61,483 bases of DNA, filler included, from Bipalium vagum (GCA_037834085.1; 3 parts of 3 records of this genome joined end to end with filler, not necessarily neighbours in it); one strand, 5' to 3'. Positions 26,369-40,400 are shown, numbered from the whole stretch's first letter. Made by a program: numbers and translations. Notes: generated from the letters alone by a model not told the origin.

Positions 26369-27249
26369 CACCATTTATTTGCATGAAGATATTTATTTGC
26401 TACGTCTCTGGTGAGATAAGCATTATAAATGTTATGGATGTTTTCATTATTTTAAATGCAGATAAAGTTAACTTGAATTTGTAATTAAGTTGAACGTGAC
26501 AAAGCAGTGCCATATCTTAAAAAGGATTTTGATCATTTTTTAAAGAAAGAAAATGGCTTTACCACTATTTAATTAATCTTCGAACTTCAATGATGATAAC
26601 CAATGTTTTAAAGGGCAGGTGAGCTAATAACTTTAAATAAAATCGTACTACAGAACTAGGAAAATGCTCCGGAGAACAGCATTGGTTACAAACAAGACCT
26701 TAATCGGGAATAAGGATAAAAATTCATAATTTGAACGATGTATGTGAAGAAAATTAGTAAATACCATAAAAGGCGTTTAAATATGATCTGCATCATCTTA
26801 TATGTCGAATTTTAGTAAGTAGTAATAGTAATAATATTTTATTTTGGAAATATATTTTCCTGTTTCTTTTTTATTAACTCATCTGTCTGAGTAGCAGAAG
26901 AGGATTATTATTCGTCATTATGCCCTAATGTCCATTTGGTCGTTTGTTTTGTCCTAATGGGATTTCTTTTTTCCTTACAGATAGATAATGTTATATGCCA
27001 ATAAGGAATAATCCATTTGCTGCCTTAAAAATTCTCCTTTCTGAGGGGTTCTACTGGTATCTTGAAACCATATAAGGAAATCCGACATTGAAGGGTGCTT
27101 CACAGTACTAACTACAATTATATTTCATTTATACTATTAATACTATTTATTTATTTTTATGAAGATTCCTGACCGACAGGCTTTTCTATCATTTAATGAT
27201 AATAAAATTTATAATTATTTTCCTTCTCTGTTAACATGTCACGATCCTT

Positions 27250-28260
27250 AAGCGACTTTATCATTGTTTGACACAAAAAAAGATATAGTCAGAAACCACA
27301 TAGAAGTTCATGTGATCTTTATATCATATCCAGACATATTTAATGCATCAGCTATGGTGCATGGCGTGAAGCCTAAGACGAAACCTTTCGTCTTCCAGAA
27401 GAAAATAGATGAACTAAGAACAATGAACTCGAAACTTTTGGTCGTAATCTGTGTGAAAAATATTTAGAAGACAATAAAAAGCTGATAATAACGAGGACAA
27501 TAATTTTTTTTGCCCTACCTCAAAATTTAACTTGGATTTCCTCATCTTGTAATAGATAAAGTTTTAATTCAGCTTTTATTTCACTTGAAGGGGTCCTTCT
27601 GCTAATTTCATCGATCATAATATGAAATAATGTAATGTCATGAAATTGTTATCAGAAAGAGGTTGATGTTAATAAATGTATCTTTGGGAAGGATTTTGAT
27701 TCAACAGCAATAAATGAAAATTTAATGCAAACAATTACTGAATTTTGTTGTAAAGCCAAAAAGCGTCAACTGAAGAAAAGCAGTTAAACCATTGCTCAAT
27801 TTTTTTGACCTTAGAAATTTTTCGAAACATAACGAAGGTCGGCCAAAATTGATGTTTATTTAATCATTGAAATAAATTGGTATCAGGTTGTGGTGTTATA
27901 CGAAGGGAATCAACTTCTTTAAAACTTAAATCCATTTACATAACTATTAGGAAATTAGGGATTCTTGAACTACGAAACTATAAATGTTCGAGAAAAAATA
28001 TTATATTATATCGACAACCGGGTGTTACGTATGAACAAATAATATGAAATTTCTGTCTACATTATCCAAAACATCCGTCGACCTTCATGATTCCTAACAT
28101 CGAATTGTTGAAATTACTGTTTTCTGCTAACATATTTAAAGATTGAGAATATTTATTAAGTGATATATTTGTATCTCACATCCACGCTCAACTAGCCGAA
28201 CGAACTAATTGATCTTGACTACGAAGTGAATTTGATACTGCAATGTGATCGGAGGAGATC
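27250..28260 (-). mobile_element. Non-LTR (CR1/L2-like) ORF2 relic: APE to start of RT
   Basis: HIICSYVTP..FLEHL..NFLIV..DLSFKEVD (YRPP..GDFN..IDW), WFNCFSSVDAFW, NYCP..SK, GFVLG, DYIFF..K..DKV in expected order with large deletions. Confidence 0.55.
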
Positions 28261-28899
28261 CATATTCAGTACTATCTTTTACTATTACAATATTAGTTTT
28301 GATCGAGCCAGTCCAAAATTGGCAAACATCAATATAGACTAAAAATCGTTTCCTATCACTGAGTCGCGCCGAAATGGGAAGGTGAATGTACCAAGTTTCG
28401 AATTATTCACAAAGATATATTTTCAAATGTGTTTTTTATTTTTTTATAACAAAATAAATAATTTACTTTTATAGTTTATGTAAAATGGAACATTAAAGAA
28501 TAAATAAAAAAATAACGAGTTTATAAGATTTTATTTAAAGTGTAGTAAAAAAATGATTTTAATTTTAATAAAAAAATATTTAATATAATTTATATTTAAA
28601 TATTTAATTAATAAAATAAAATAAACCTAATAAAAATAATTAATTTAATTTTGATTAGATTAAATATAATTGAAATTGAAATTTGCTGCCCGATACTTTG
28701 TTTAAAATCTAAGTTCAATTGGTCTTTAGAACTTTAGTTCAGGAAATGGTGTATAAAGTTCTTTGATTTAATCATAAATCTTTTTTAAGGTATAATTGTC
28801 TTTGGGATGAGGTATTTTTCTGATATATTGGAAATTTAGTTGCTCTAAAACTCATAATGATGAATGAAGAATGCAGTTCATGCATACCAAAAAGAAGTA

Positions 28900-29378
28900 T
28901 GGAGAACTGGATCTAGGGTCCTTGAGGTTATGCTCGCTAGATATGATTATTAGAGTAACAGTCCCGCCAATCCCTTTACCGGGAACAACAGAAGGGTTAC
29001 GATGAGCAGTTTCGGGAGATGCTCTGTCAGATTACGGACACCGGCCACCTCCAGAGCACGAATAAGGCCTTATTTTAGGCTCCGACATCCCAAAGGAGGT
29101 TTGGGGTAACACGGGCCATTAATGAGAACTATATCTGCAGAGTGGTTCAAGGGCTTCGATATCTTACCAGCCCGGACACTATTTTTCGAACCTTTACCAC
29201 AAACCACCTTATATCCCTTTATTGTTGTTTGAGTGTGGTGTTTTTCCTGTCCTCCATTGCAGGTATCGACTGCAATGGGGAGCAGAGATCAATTTACTAT
29301 CGATGGTGCACATTGTGATTTATATTTTTTGCATTATATTTTATATTTAGTGTCGTTTGGGACTCCAGGATCGTCACA
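28900..29378 (+). mobile_element. GC-richer structured island; probable LTR or retroelement 5' region
   Basis: Clear GC rise relative to flanks; hairpin ctccattgcag/ctgcaatgggg (29252-29280); ends in cgtcaca; no ORF. Confidence 0.4.
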
Positions 29379-30719
29379 CTGCCATCACCTAGAGAATATG
29401 TGAATATGACATTTACTCATTATACATAATTGTCTCGATTGCTGAACTTGATACAGATGTATGTGTATATGACAAATAACAATTTATTTATAGTAAAAAT
29501 AATAGGTTTCACATACCCCTATCGCACAAGCAACCATAACCTTTAAAGAGGAACTCCATGATCCCGATTCAAGTCCCTATAATCCCTAAAATGAAAGCCT
29601 TCAATATTCCAAATGATATTCAAATGGCTTTAGGAAATTATAATTAAGAATACTTTCAAAACCAAATTTTATTTTCACTTGCAAAAATTCTATTTTTTCT
29701 ATCCATAACATTTATCAATAAATCATTCATTTTCAAAAAATGTTACCGATGATATTTAATAAAGTTAACATTAAAATTAATATTTATGATTTTATTTCAG
29801 GAAACCATATTTATCATAATTATTTTTCGTAAAATGAAAGTTAATTATCCTAAAATTTGAAAAATTGTCAGTTAAAATAAGTTTATTTAACCCAGTTAAT
29901 CATTTGATCAATTTATTATAATTTTTAAAATATTTTATTATTATTATTAAAATCAGTACAAGTAGAATTATTATATAAATAAATAATAATAACTTTGGAA
30001 TCATTAATAAAGAAAACATTATTATTTAAAATTACTAAAATTTATAATAAAAAATATTTTAAATTAAAAAAACCCATTTATATAATATCTTTATTGAAAA
30101 TCTCATATTTTTAAAACTTACCTCCTTCAGTAATTTATACAATCACATTACTTAAAAAGAAGAGTCAAAAATAAATAAAATAATCTGTTACGTCATTTAT
30201 CGAATGAAAGAATATATGAAATGATTTATTTTTTTTATATATAAAATTATTCATATTTTTTATAATGAGATATAAATATCAGGTTGAACATAAAGTTCTT
30301 GCCAAATTTTAAACAAAAATTAAAACCAAAAATTTTTTAACAAAGATATTTATTTTATTTTCCGTGCTGCATTCGATTTTGAAAAATAAAATAAATTTGA
30401 ATAATTAATATATTTTTTTTTATTTTTACAAATTTTTATAATTGCATCATTTTTTATATATCACTGTTATTTAAGATTCAAATATGTTCTGTGGATGAGT
30501 ATTGATTTTCATTTTCATTTAAATTCTAACGATAATTAAAATATTTCTAAATAATATTAAAATATATTAAGTACTATACTCCATAAAAAGTGAATTTAAT
30601 AATTTAAATTAATTTAAATCATTTTATTTTTAATTGGCATTAGTTTTAAACTGGAAAACTTTTAAATTTGAAATATCAAATCCTTTAGACAACCAAACAT
30701 TATTGATTATATTGCATTA

Positions 30720-31440
30720 TGAAGTATTGGTGGTCAGAATTGGAAAGGTGAATTCAAATACGGTAAGCTCGACAAATTATGTCAAGCTTTCAATGTAAAT
30801 GAAAGCACTAATAGGACGATTTTTGAACTTGCCATATTTAAATGGAAGCCCGGTTTTGGAAGACTTTATACGGACAATTAGGAACAGCGAGAAGAAAGAT
30901 TATCAAAAGATATTTTTAAGAATTCTCTAGTAGCCTCTCCAACATGTTCAAATGTTACTGAAATCTCAAAGAGCAGCGTGCGAAGAATTGTCGCAGTTGG
31001 ACAATTCATGAGAAAATGTACCCTCATCACAAATAATCGGAAGCATAAACAGTTACAGTGATGTCGATAAAACAGTCGTATCACATGGAATAAATGTATA
31101 ACATAGATAAAAAAAGCTTACAATTACAATTATTCACTCTCAAAATATCCTGACAATAGTCCCATAAAGAAACTTCATGTTTTAAGCAATTCAAATATCT
31201 TTAAAATAAGGAGCTCAGTGATTGTCAAAAAATCACAAATAAGTGAACAATCAGATCTGACTCTTCACTAATTAATGCAAAATAAAATCATACCTCAAGT
31301 CTAAAGAAGATGCACTGGAGTGAAAACATTTCCATTTAAATAGTCTGTGACAAAAATAACTGTTTTATACAATTTAGCTTGGTTCTACACCTACTATTTG
31401 ATTCTGTAAAGTTATCGTTCCCAAGTGCTTTTTAAAAAGA
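30720..31440 (+). mobile_element. Tc1-like transposase pseudogene
   Basis: LCQAFNVNESTNRTI..KPGFGR..ISKSSVRRI..RKCTLIT..QLQ*C..WNKCI; decayed C-terminal half. Confidence 0.7.
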
Positions 31441-31532
31441 AAAAATAGACAACTATTTTCTTTTAGCAGCACGACGATATAGAACAATTTTTATTGGCTT
31501 GGATTCACCTTTAAATAACCAATTAGTCTATT

Positions 31533-32787
31533 AAAGACTGTCCATGATAAAAAGTGGTCGATTCCAAACTGTGATAACTTTTGAATAGGTTACTCTAATG
31601 CCATTATTTTTAAAAATTAACTTCTTTATATGTCTTATTATTTAAATAAATTATTGATTTTGAAGATCAATAAATATTAACAACAAAATGGGTAAACAAG
31701 TTGAAATGACGAAAACTTTTTCCAAATACAATCAAAATAAAGCTACTTCATATTCATTGATCAGTAAAAATGTTGGAAATGCAAAATAAACCGTTCAAAA
31801 AGTTATTTCAAATTACAAGAAGACTTTTAGTATTGAACCGAAGGCAGATTTAGATATGAAAGTAGGTCCAATTGATACAAACTTAACAAACAAGAAAAAT
31901 AGTTCTAGAAAAATGCGTCGCTTTCAATATGTTATGTTACAAAAAATATAAAACATCTAAATCATACATCCACAAAGAGAAGCAGAATAGAGGATTCAAG
32001 TCCTACAAAGTCACTGTTACTCCTGATCGTGATGCACAAAAGAATAAAATTCCTAAAATCCGTTCGAGAAAGCTTTATGAAAATTTCCTTACCAAAAGTG
32101 ATAGTGTTGAGCGATGAGACTTCAAAAAAATGCTAAGTAAAAAATATTATGCTGCAGTAACTTAGTTACTGAAAGATTAAAGATGAAAAAGCTATCAAAA
32201 AAAGTCCTCATAAAAAACGTCGTAGAGTAAGTCATTTATACATCTAGAAAAAAGTTAAAATTTCATCAAAACTGGAACAATGAATCAAAAATTTACATCA
32301 AAGAGTGCCTTCAAAAATGTCTATGACCTTTTATTAATAAGCTTGATTATCTTTCTTTGTTCTGACCCGATCTCGCATGCTCTCATTATAATAAAGATTA
32401 GAGTGGTACAAAACAAATAATTTGAAATTTTTTACTAGACAAGCCAACCCTCCTAACTGCCCAAAATCAGACCAATAGAAAAATATTAAGGAATTAAAAA
32501 ACGGAACTTAAATAACACCCAGAGAGCATCAAAGAATGAAATAGACTTTAAAAGAATGTGTAAAAAATCAATGGACAAGGTAACTAGAATGAGTGTGCAG
32601 AGGTTTATAGGAGGACTAAAAAGAAAAGCTCACCAATTTAATTGAGGTTAAGATATTTTATTGAATATCAATAGAATTTCTTTTCTGTACATAATCTGTT
32701 TAAAATATATATATTGTTTTATTAAAATACTCTTTTATCTTATAATTAATATTACTTTTATAATGACTTCTTTTCATCAAAACCTCT
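31533..32787 (+). mobile_element. ITmD37E (DD37E) element, near full length, pseudogenised (ATG 31688)
   Basis: GFKSYKVTVTPDR..RSRKLY; IYIKECLQK; LF*PDLACSHY; LEWYKTNNLKF; NPPNCP-RPIEKY; weakly matching TA-flanked ends. Confidence 0.9.
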
Positions 32788-33697
32788 TAAAGTAATGCCA
32801 AACAATCGAAAGATAATTTTGCAGTGAAAGTCTCATATTTTATTTATAGCCCAAATTTCAAATGTTCACCTATTTATAAAATTCACTGATTTATATTTGT
32901 TCAAATGGTTTATATTAATCCAATATCGAATTTAATGATTGTCAGTTATTATCAGTTAAAGTATCGAAATTTCCCGGAATAATTATTGATTGATTGACCA
33001 GTCTTCATATAAATACTTGTAATATAATTTATAATAGATAATATCAAATTAAAAACATTAAAATACAGTTTATTTAATCAAATAAGAGCTTGTCTGTTTA
33101 GGGATCCGCCTGTACAGCCTTAGTAGTCGCGGTATTTGCTCGCCGATTGGAACTTTCCAAAGCCGAAAAACATGTAATACATTTCATGTTTGAAAATCAA
33201 TTAACAAAACAAGTAAAATTACTGAAAAAATAAAATATATTTAAAATATTTATTTTAGCTGAAAAATTACGCAGCAAATGTATTAAGGGAGACATGGTTG
33301 ATTTATAAATATACTAAATTGGTAAAGCATATCAATCCGATGAAAGTTCGTGTACACCAAAGGAAATTTCTCCGAGCAATCCATGGGTAAAATATAAATA
33401 ATATTTTTATTAAGATTCTGTGGGCATTTTTGAAAATGTCAATTCTGCATCTTGTGCCTGCTGATCAATTCTTTATAGGATTTGATATCAAAATGATTCT
33501 TTTCTAATTATTTATCCTTTAATTATTTATCCTCTCCAGCACTCAAAGTTGAGAAAAGGCTCGGATTTAATTACAAATGTTTAATAATTTTTCAATTAAT
33601 ATTCTTTATTAATATTTCAAAACTAAAAACATATTTTCATTTATCTATTAATATCAGTTAATTTAGTGTCTGGGTAAACAAAAACAATTGAAATTAT

Positions 33698-33831
33698 NNN
33701 NNNNNNNNNNNNNNNNNNNNNNNNNNNNNNNNNNNNNNNNNNNNNNNNNNNNNNNNNNNNNNNNNNNNNNNNNNNNNNNNNNNNNNNNNNNNNNNNNNNN
33801 NNNNNNNNNNNNNNNNNNNNNNNNNNNNNNN
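33698..33831. other. Assembly gap (134 N)
   Basis: Run of N. Confidence 0.99.
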
Positions 33832-34416
33832 ACCAATAATAATTCTTACCTATAAATTTTGAAAAAAACTGTAAATCATCAATATTATTTCCGGTTTCTT
33901 AAATTTCTACTATTTTACAATATCTTTAAGGAGTGTTTGATTCGAATCACCTCTTCTAATATATCTAAAATTATCTCTCTTTCATTAAAACTAACATATT
34001 TTTATTTTTAAAATAAAAGGAGTTATCGATAAGGTTGTCTGACAAACTGTCTCATTATTTTACATTACGTTAATCAAATTCTTCAAAATCAAAAATTTAA
34101 GTAACTAATTGTTCGACCCACTTCTTATAACCATTATGAAATATCACCTGGACAAGACTATTTTTCAAAAGGTAGAACATTTCTTGCCAATCAACAAAAA
34201 TTACTGCTTTAACCAACAGATTTATTTTTATGTACCATATTTTCAAAGAAAATCATTATATTCTTATAATTGTTGAGGTTCGACTCCCATCTTTAAAAAC
34301 TTCTGTAATTAAAATTTTTGGTGAAAAATAAAATTCAATTTAAATCATGTCATTAAATTATTAATTATTAATTTAAATTAATTAACTAAATTTTGAAAAA
34401 ATCAATTTTAATATTA

Positions 34417-34942
34417 TTTTAGGGTCAACTACTGATTTTTAATCAATAGCATGTCACCCTAAAATTCCTAAATTAAATTTTTTAGAAAATTTTAGAAATT
34501 TAATCTATTTTTAGAAATAATTAAATATAGTAAGTACGTCATGATTGACAGCTTAATTGGCCAGAGACGCTAAATTCAACTCTGAAAAAGTATATAAGCC
34601 AGTTAAAATTCATTATTTTTCGCCCAGAAAATTATCAGGTATGGTTATGATAATTTTATTTTTCTTGACCAGGGTTTTCCCTAGCACAGCTTTATAATTA
34701 AGAGTGTTTGGTGAGTGACTGTCATGCAGTTTGTTTGAGTGTGAGTGACTGCCTTTGCAGTTTTTTTGCTTATTGACTACCTGTTGCAACTTGTTTGATT
34801 ATTTGTCTCACCCTCATTAAATAAATTTTTATTTAGAGTGTTTTTGAGTTTCTTTTGAAGGTTGAGGTGCGAGCTCGATAGTTAGGCTCATAGCAACCTT
34901 AGTAAGGTCAAGTACGCTGAGAGGTAGGTTTGCGCCAACACA
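34417..34942 (+). mobile_element. Probable solo LTR
   Basis: Palindrome 34417-34463, GTATATAAG (~34590), CAGGTATG donor-like site, three to four ~28-31 nt tandem units (tgtttg..gtgagtgactg..gcagtt), AATAAA (~34820), end ..ccaaca(ca); 5' end uncertain. Confidence 0.6.
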
Positions 34943-36160
34943 ATTTTATATATTTTCACTTGTTCAAAATTTCTTTTTGTTAAGATGAAGTCGAGTTTTT
35001 ATTTGGAATACTAATAGGGTATACTTTGTGCGATTTTAGAGGATCCCCCTAAGACCTCGACATCATTAGTTGTTTAGGACCACTGGTCATATCTATATGG
35101 TATGCAATTATAGATGTCCACTTAACGAGAAATAAAAAAAAAGATTTATCATTAAGTTTTATTTTATGAGAATTAAATTAATAATAAATAGTTTTTTCCT
35201 TTTATATTTATATACTTTTATTCATTTAAACAAAGATAAATTTTCTAGGTATTTTAAATATATAATATTGTCAATTAAATTAAACAAACCAAATACAACC
35301 TAAATATTTTTTTAATTATTATGAATTTCTTCAAAGGTTCCAAAAAATTAAAAAATTCCAACATTTTAGATTTATAGTAATGTTTGTTTAAACTAATTAA
35401 AATTCATTTTCTTTGTTTATCTGAATAATTTGAAAACTGAACAAAAGTAAACGCTACACATCCATGATTGTTTAAAAGTAGAAAAGGTATTATTATCGAT
35501 GTGTACTTTTCAGGAAATCCAAATCAATTTTTTTTCAAAAGTTTGTGAAAAAATAATTTAAAAATTTTGCTTGACAAAAATTTAATCAATAATAAATAAT
35601 TTTATATAAAAAATCAGAATTTATATTTTAAAAATATTATCTCTTTATTCCTAAACTTTGTTAAACAAACAAAAAAATATTCTCAAACAAATGAAAGGAT
35701 CCATGCAGTTATTATTGTAAATTTTTTTTTAAAAATGGACATAAACTAACCGCAGAACGGACCAAATATCCAAACCTGCAAAGATGCCAAATATAGCAGC
35801 TTCGTTATCATGAGAATCACCAAATAAACTGAGTCTGAGGAATAGGAATTCTCCTCTGACAATCCAATTGGTTCTGTGGAGAAAAGAAATGAAACAAGTC
35901 CTTGAAAATTTATTGACTTATTCGAGAAAATCAAACATTCTTAGATGCAACATTTTTTCGTAGCTTTTTTATTGTCATTATCAGACAATTTATCTAATTT
36001 TAAGCGAGTCCATTAAAACAAACATTATTTAAATAAATAATGTATTAACAATTTTAGATTTTTTCTTTTAAACAATATTTTAATTTATAAAAATTACAAA
36101 AAAGAAATGTACATTGATTTTAAAAATATTTAATAAAATATATTGTGAGATAAGTTAGTC

Positions 36161-36232
36161 GAGGAAGTATCTCAGCGGTCAGAGCAGTCCTTGCGCATGT
36201 GAAAGATCACGTGATACAATCCCGGTACCTCC
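36161..36232 (+). pseudogene. tRNA-Ala-derived sequence (pseudogene or repeat head)
   Basis: GAGGAAGTATCTCAGCGGTCAGAGC..TT(G)CGCAT..AATCCCGGTACCTCC aligns to the tRNA-Ala layout; T-loop degenerate. Confidence 0.7.
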
Positions 36233-37380
36233 TATTAATTTTAAACTAACATATAACTCCAATTAGGCTTAAAGTAGTTCTATTTTAAAATCAGTAGACT
36301 TTCGATTTCTCGCCAAAAATTTTCCTGAAAAGAACCAAGCACCGCCGAAACAAAATTTGGTGACTTTTCGACTATCAGTTATAAAACTCGTAAATAAAGT
36401 AAATCCCCTAGCTAATCACTTATTTTATATTCAGAAAAGATCGATCTACTTTATTGCTTTCAATTGAAAATTATCGATTTTTCTTTCTTAGTTGAATCAG
36501 AACTGTTATCACGATAACAGATTAAACATCCATTTAACATTCATTTTACTGAACGACAAGGTTATGGAATTTCATTGTGATATTTTTCAATCTCACCGAT
36601 TGAGACTTAGATAATTGTTTTTTCTAATGATTTAATAAATTCATTTTGTTATCTTGAATTTTTTGTATGGTTTTTATTCTTGATCAGTATGCATTTTTTA
36701 TAATTTTATGAAACCTCACCAACTTATGCACCAATCCAATATAAAAAAAAGCACAATAGATTTTAAAAATAAACAATTATATATAATTAATACTTATTTC
36801 GAATTAAGAGTTTAATTAATTTGTGATGGAAAATAAAATAAATGAAATAATTTCAAGGTAATATTAAATGATTAATCAATATTTTAAAAATATGGAAATA
36901 AAAGTAAAATCTAATAATCAATAAAATATAATCAATAAAAGTGAAAAAATATTTTGTTATATTTTGATGCTTACACAAATTTTTATTATAACAAAATATT
37001 TTAATTTAAAATATACACAAATCCAAATTTCGACCTATCAAATTATCTAAACAAATAATTTGAGAATCACAAGATCAAAAATATTTGCCAGAGGAATTAT
37101 CCTTCAAAGACTGTGAAAAATATTTTTGTAGCTGAAATTTCAAACTATGTTTTCTTGATTGTTTTTTATTAAAATTCTCAAATTAAGAAAAAAAACTAAT
37201 TTGTATAGTTAATTAATGTTTCCGAAAACTTTTGACGAATTATGAATATTTTTTTCACTTAAGTATTAAATATTTTGTCTATTATTTAATTATTGTCTAT
37301 TGCTTTAATAATCATCTGGAGTCTCTGAGCTCGTTTCATGATTCCATATCTTATAAGTTATTGGATAATAATAATAATAA

Positions 37381-37780
37381 TATTAAGGATGCAGTTTAAT
37401 TGTGAGCTCTTTTTATTGCAAAACGTTTTATTTTAATAAAATCAGTTTAAATCTATTGAAAATTAATTGATAAAATGTGTCTTACATTTGTTTGAATAAT
37501 ACCATTTATATATCACATTAAAATTTACATAATTATTTGCTATTTCTTATTGAAACCCTAACGACAAAGTATTGCAAAAACTCACATCAGGCACTGTTTA
37601 TTGTATGAGTATGACCAAGGCACCGAAACTAAAGAGGCCTTACGAAAGATTCTGAAAATATATCCTCATGAAGGACTCGGTTACCTAATGCAAAAAAGTG
37701 GTTTAGAAAATATAAAGATGGCAATAGGAGTTTTGAAGATCGCTAGAAAACAGACCGTCCTTCTGTTGGTCAAAGAGAAA
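37381..37780 (+). mobile_element. mariner 5' fragment
   Basis: HIRHCLLYEYDQG..EALRKILKIY; KKWFRKYKDGNRSFEDR*KTDRPS; possible TIR at ~37381. Confidence 0.8.
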
Positions 37781-38856
37781 TCTATGCGGCTCACATGTGT
37801 AATGCAAACCTCAATATTGTCAACTACACTCGACAAAAGAATGAATTTTGAAATCTAAAAACATTTGTATGTCGTCTTGAAAAGTATGTTGCCCAGGTTT
37901 TTATATTTTTATATTTATATAAATAAACAAAAAATTTTCAACATAACCATCATTTATAACGATATCATTTTAATCATGTTCCCCAAATGGTATATTATTA
38001 TAATTATTTTTGCACGATATTTCATCACGTTTCGACATAGTTTTAGAGCATAAACAAAATAACTCAAAAAATATTAGGAACAATAAAATTAATAATAAAA
38101 TAATAATAATAATGATGATGATGAGAAGAAGAAAAAGATCAATGAAAATTACTTTATTTAACGTGTGTTAAAAAAGAAAACAAAAATAAATAAAATAAAA
38201 GGGAAAAAAAAGACGAAATAAATATGCAAGTCTAAATTATTTTATCACACTTGAATTAATTTGTTAAAAAGAGGAAAAAGTTAATTGCATTTTGCTTGTG
38301 AGAGCAGTTCTAAGCCGTTTTCTCTTCTGATGAAATCTTTCCCAAAAACGGTTTATTTTCTCTACCAGCTTCATTTGAACCACGTCTCTGATGATCCGGG
38401 TTGAAGAAAACTATTAATTATTCTAATTTCAAAGATGAACTAACCCAATTAAAATATCGAAAAATGTCGAAAATCTTTTCCAGACACTTTTCAATCAGCA
38501 AGTCTCATTCACATTGTGGCGTTTAACATTTCAATGGAAGTCTTCTGAGAGAGATGGATAAATATCGTAATTTTAGTCCAAATTTTTGTTTATTAAACTT
38601 TTTGTCACGTTCTTTATTTATTTCTTTTTCTTTAATTTATTCTCGATTTTTTTTCTTTTTTAAAAAAAATTTTTATGTAGAATTACATTGTTTAAAAAGA
38701 TATGGTTTTTTATTGATTACTTTATTTTGAAAGCGCTTTTTTATTAAGCACTTAAAATGTATATTATTTAAACAACAATATAATTTACATTATTTAAAGT
38801 TTAACTAAATAAATTATGTAAAATAAAAACGACTTACTAATTCAAAAATTCTTCTA

Positions 38857-38931
38857 CAGGGTGCCCACTGGAAAAGCGTAAAATTTTGTTTAATCAAATA
38901 AAAACTAAAACAATAAATAAATTTATGAATT
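38857..38931. mobile_element. TIR of a Tc1/mariner-superfamily element broken by the gap
   Basis: TA|CAGGGTGCCCACTGGAAAAGCGTA, the typical TA-CAGGGTG end, running into the N gap. Confidence 0.65.
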
Positions 38932-39031
38932 NNNNNNNNNNNNNNNNNNNNNNNNNNNNNNNNNNNNNNNNNNNNTTAATTAATTAANNNNNNNNNNNNN
39001 NNNNNNNNNNNNNNNNNNNNNNNNNNNNNNN
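38932..39031. other. Assembly gap with artificial stop linker
   Basis: 44 N + TTAATTAATTAA + 44 N. Confidence 0.97.
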
Positions 39032-39793
39032 GATTTACTCTGACATTAATCTAAGACTGAGATGAATTAATTCTAACTTTTAGAAAGAGATTTTTTTATT
39101 TAATTTCACTTTTTTTTTAACATTAATTTTTAAAATATTTTTTTTAATTAATTTTTAAAATTAATTTTTTGATTTTAAATTAAAATTATTTTTAATAATA
39201 TCTTTTCAATTATTATTGGTTTTGTGGCAATTACTTTTGCAAAATCTTCATTTAACATTGGACAACCATAAAAAATTTGTTTAATTTGTCTAACTTATTT
39301 CGTATAAAGCTAAATACATATACAAATGGATGGATATCTACAAAGAGGGGATCAGGTTTCGGAAATTCTAGATTTCGAAAGTGAAAATATTCTGCTTAAT
39401 TTTTTTGGTAGAAAATATTCTGTTGGTGAGATTGGTCTAAATTATTGATCTGAGAAAATCAATCTAAAATCCTAAATAATTTTTTATTTATATTAATTTT
39501 ATTAATTGCAATAATGGAATTAATGCTTGACAAACTTAATCCTCTGAGGGAAAATTTGATGACTGCCTAAACTCCCTATTTTGTCAATTTTGAAATATAA
39601 AATTTCGTTACAGATAATGGCTTTTATCTATCTCAGTTTGACTTTATTTTGACATGAAATGAAATGAACCAAATTCATATCGAATTCAACATGATATATT
39701 CCGTTTATAATTAAAGACTTTATAACATTTTTTTCTTATAAATAACTTAATCAATTAACACTTTTAAAGTTTTATTTCTAATTTTTAAACTTA

Positions 39794-39868
39794 TGTTTTA
39801 ATTTACTTACATAATAATGTTATTTTTATTTTTACTTTTGTTTTAATTTACTTACATAATAATGTTAT
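39794..39868. repeat. Exact 30-nt direct duplication (45-nt period)
   Basis: tgttttaatttacttacataataatgttat at 39794 and 39839. Confidence 0.9.
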
Positions 39869-39949
39869 ACTTATTCCATACTATAAAAAACCAGTTTTTA
39901 AAAATTAATAATAAAATAAGACAAATAATATGAACAAAGTTTATTATAA

Positions 39950-40400
39950 CGAATTTGGTACATTAATATTTAAACCTTTCTGCTTTATAATTTCAGTTAC
40001 TATCCGAGATTTGCTTTCAAAAATAAAGAAGTCAACGTTTCAGATTTAGTTGACCAGAAATTCTCTTCTAATAAAAACCACAATTCATCAACATTTTTAC
40101 ATTTATTCCTAAGAACTCACTTATTGAGAGACATGAAAAACCCAATGTCGTTTGCACTTAAATCTGGAGAACTGTGCTGGTTGGTTAATAGTGGTTATGC
40201 TGGGATCAAGACTACTTCCGAAGACATTGAAGCGTTCAACATTATTCTTTCCAATGTGTGGGCGAGCATTGTCCATTTGCACAGTCACGTTCTGACACGA
40301 CTGCATTTTGTTACAAATCATAGGTATAACATCAATGGTCGTCAAGTCAATATTGAATCATTTAAACAAACTTACAAAATCTTTTCTAAAATAAATAAAT
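39950..40400 (-). mobile_element. DD39D-like (plant/oomycete-type) mariner C-terminal relic
   Basis: VIPMICNKM..VTVQMDNARPH..INQPAQ-(+1 nt)-SPDLSANDIGFF; 40 residues between second and third Asp after repairing the frameshift. Confidence 0.85.

Noticed and set aside
34277-34288. GGTTCGACTCCC B box as a tRNA gene
   Set aside because: No A box, acceptor stem or cloverleaf around it
38310-38420. CTGATGA...GAAA hammerhead ribozyme candidates (also tgatgatccggg at ~20533)
   Set aside because: Stems I-III cannot be formed convincingly around the core; at most a degenerate Penelope trace
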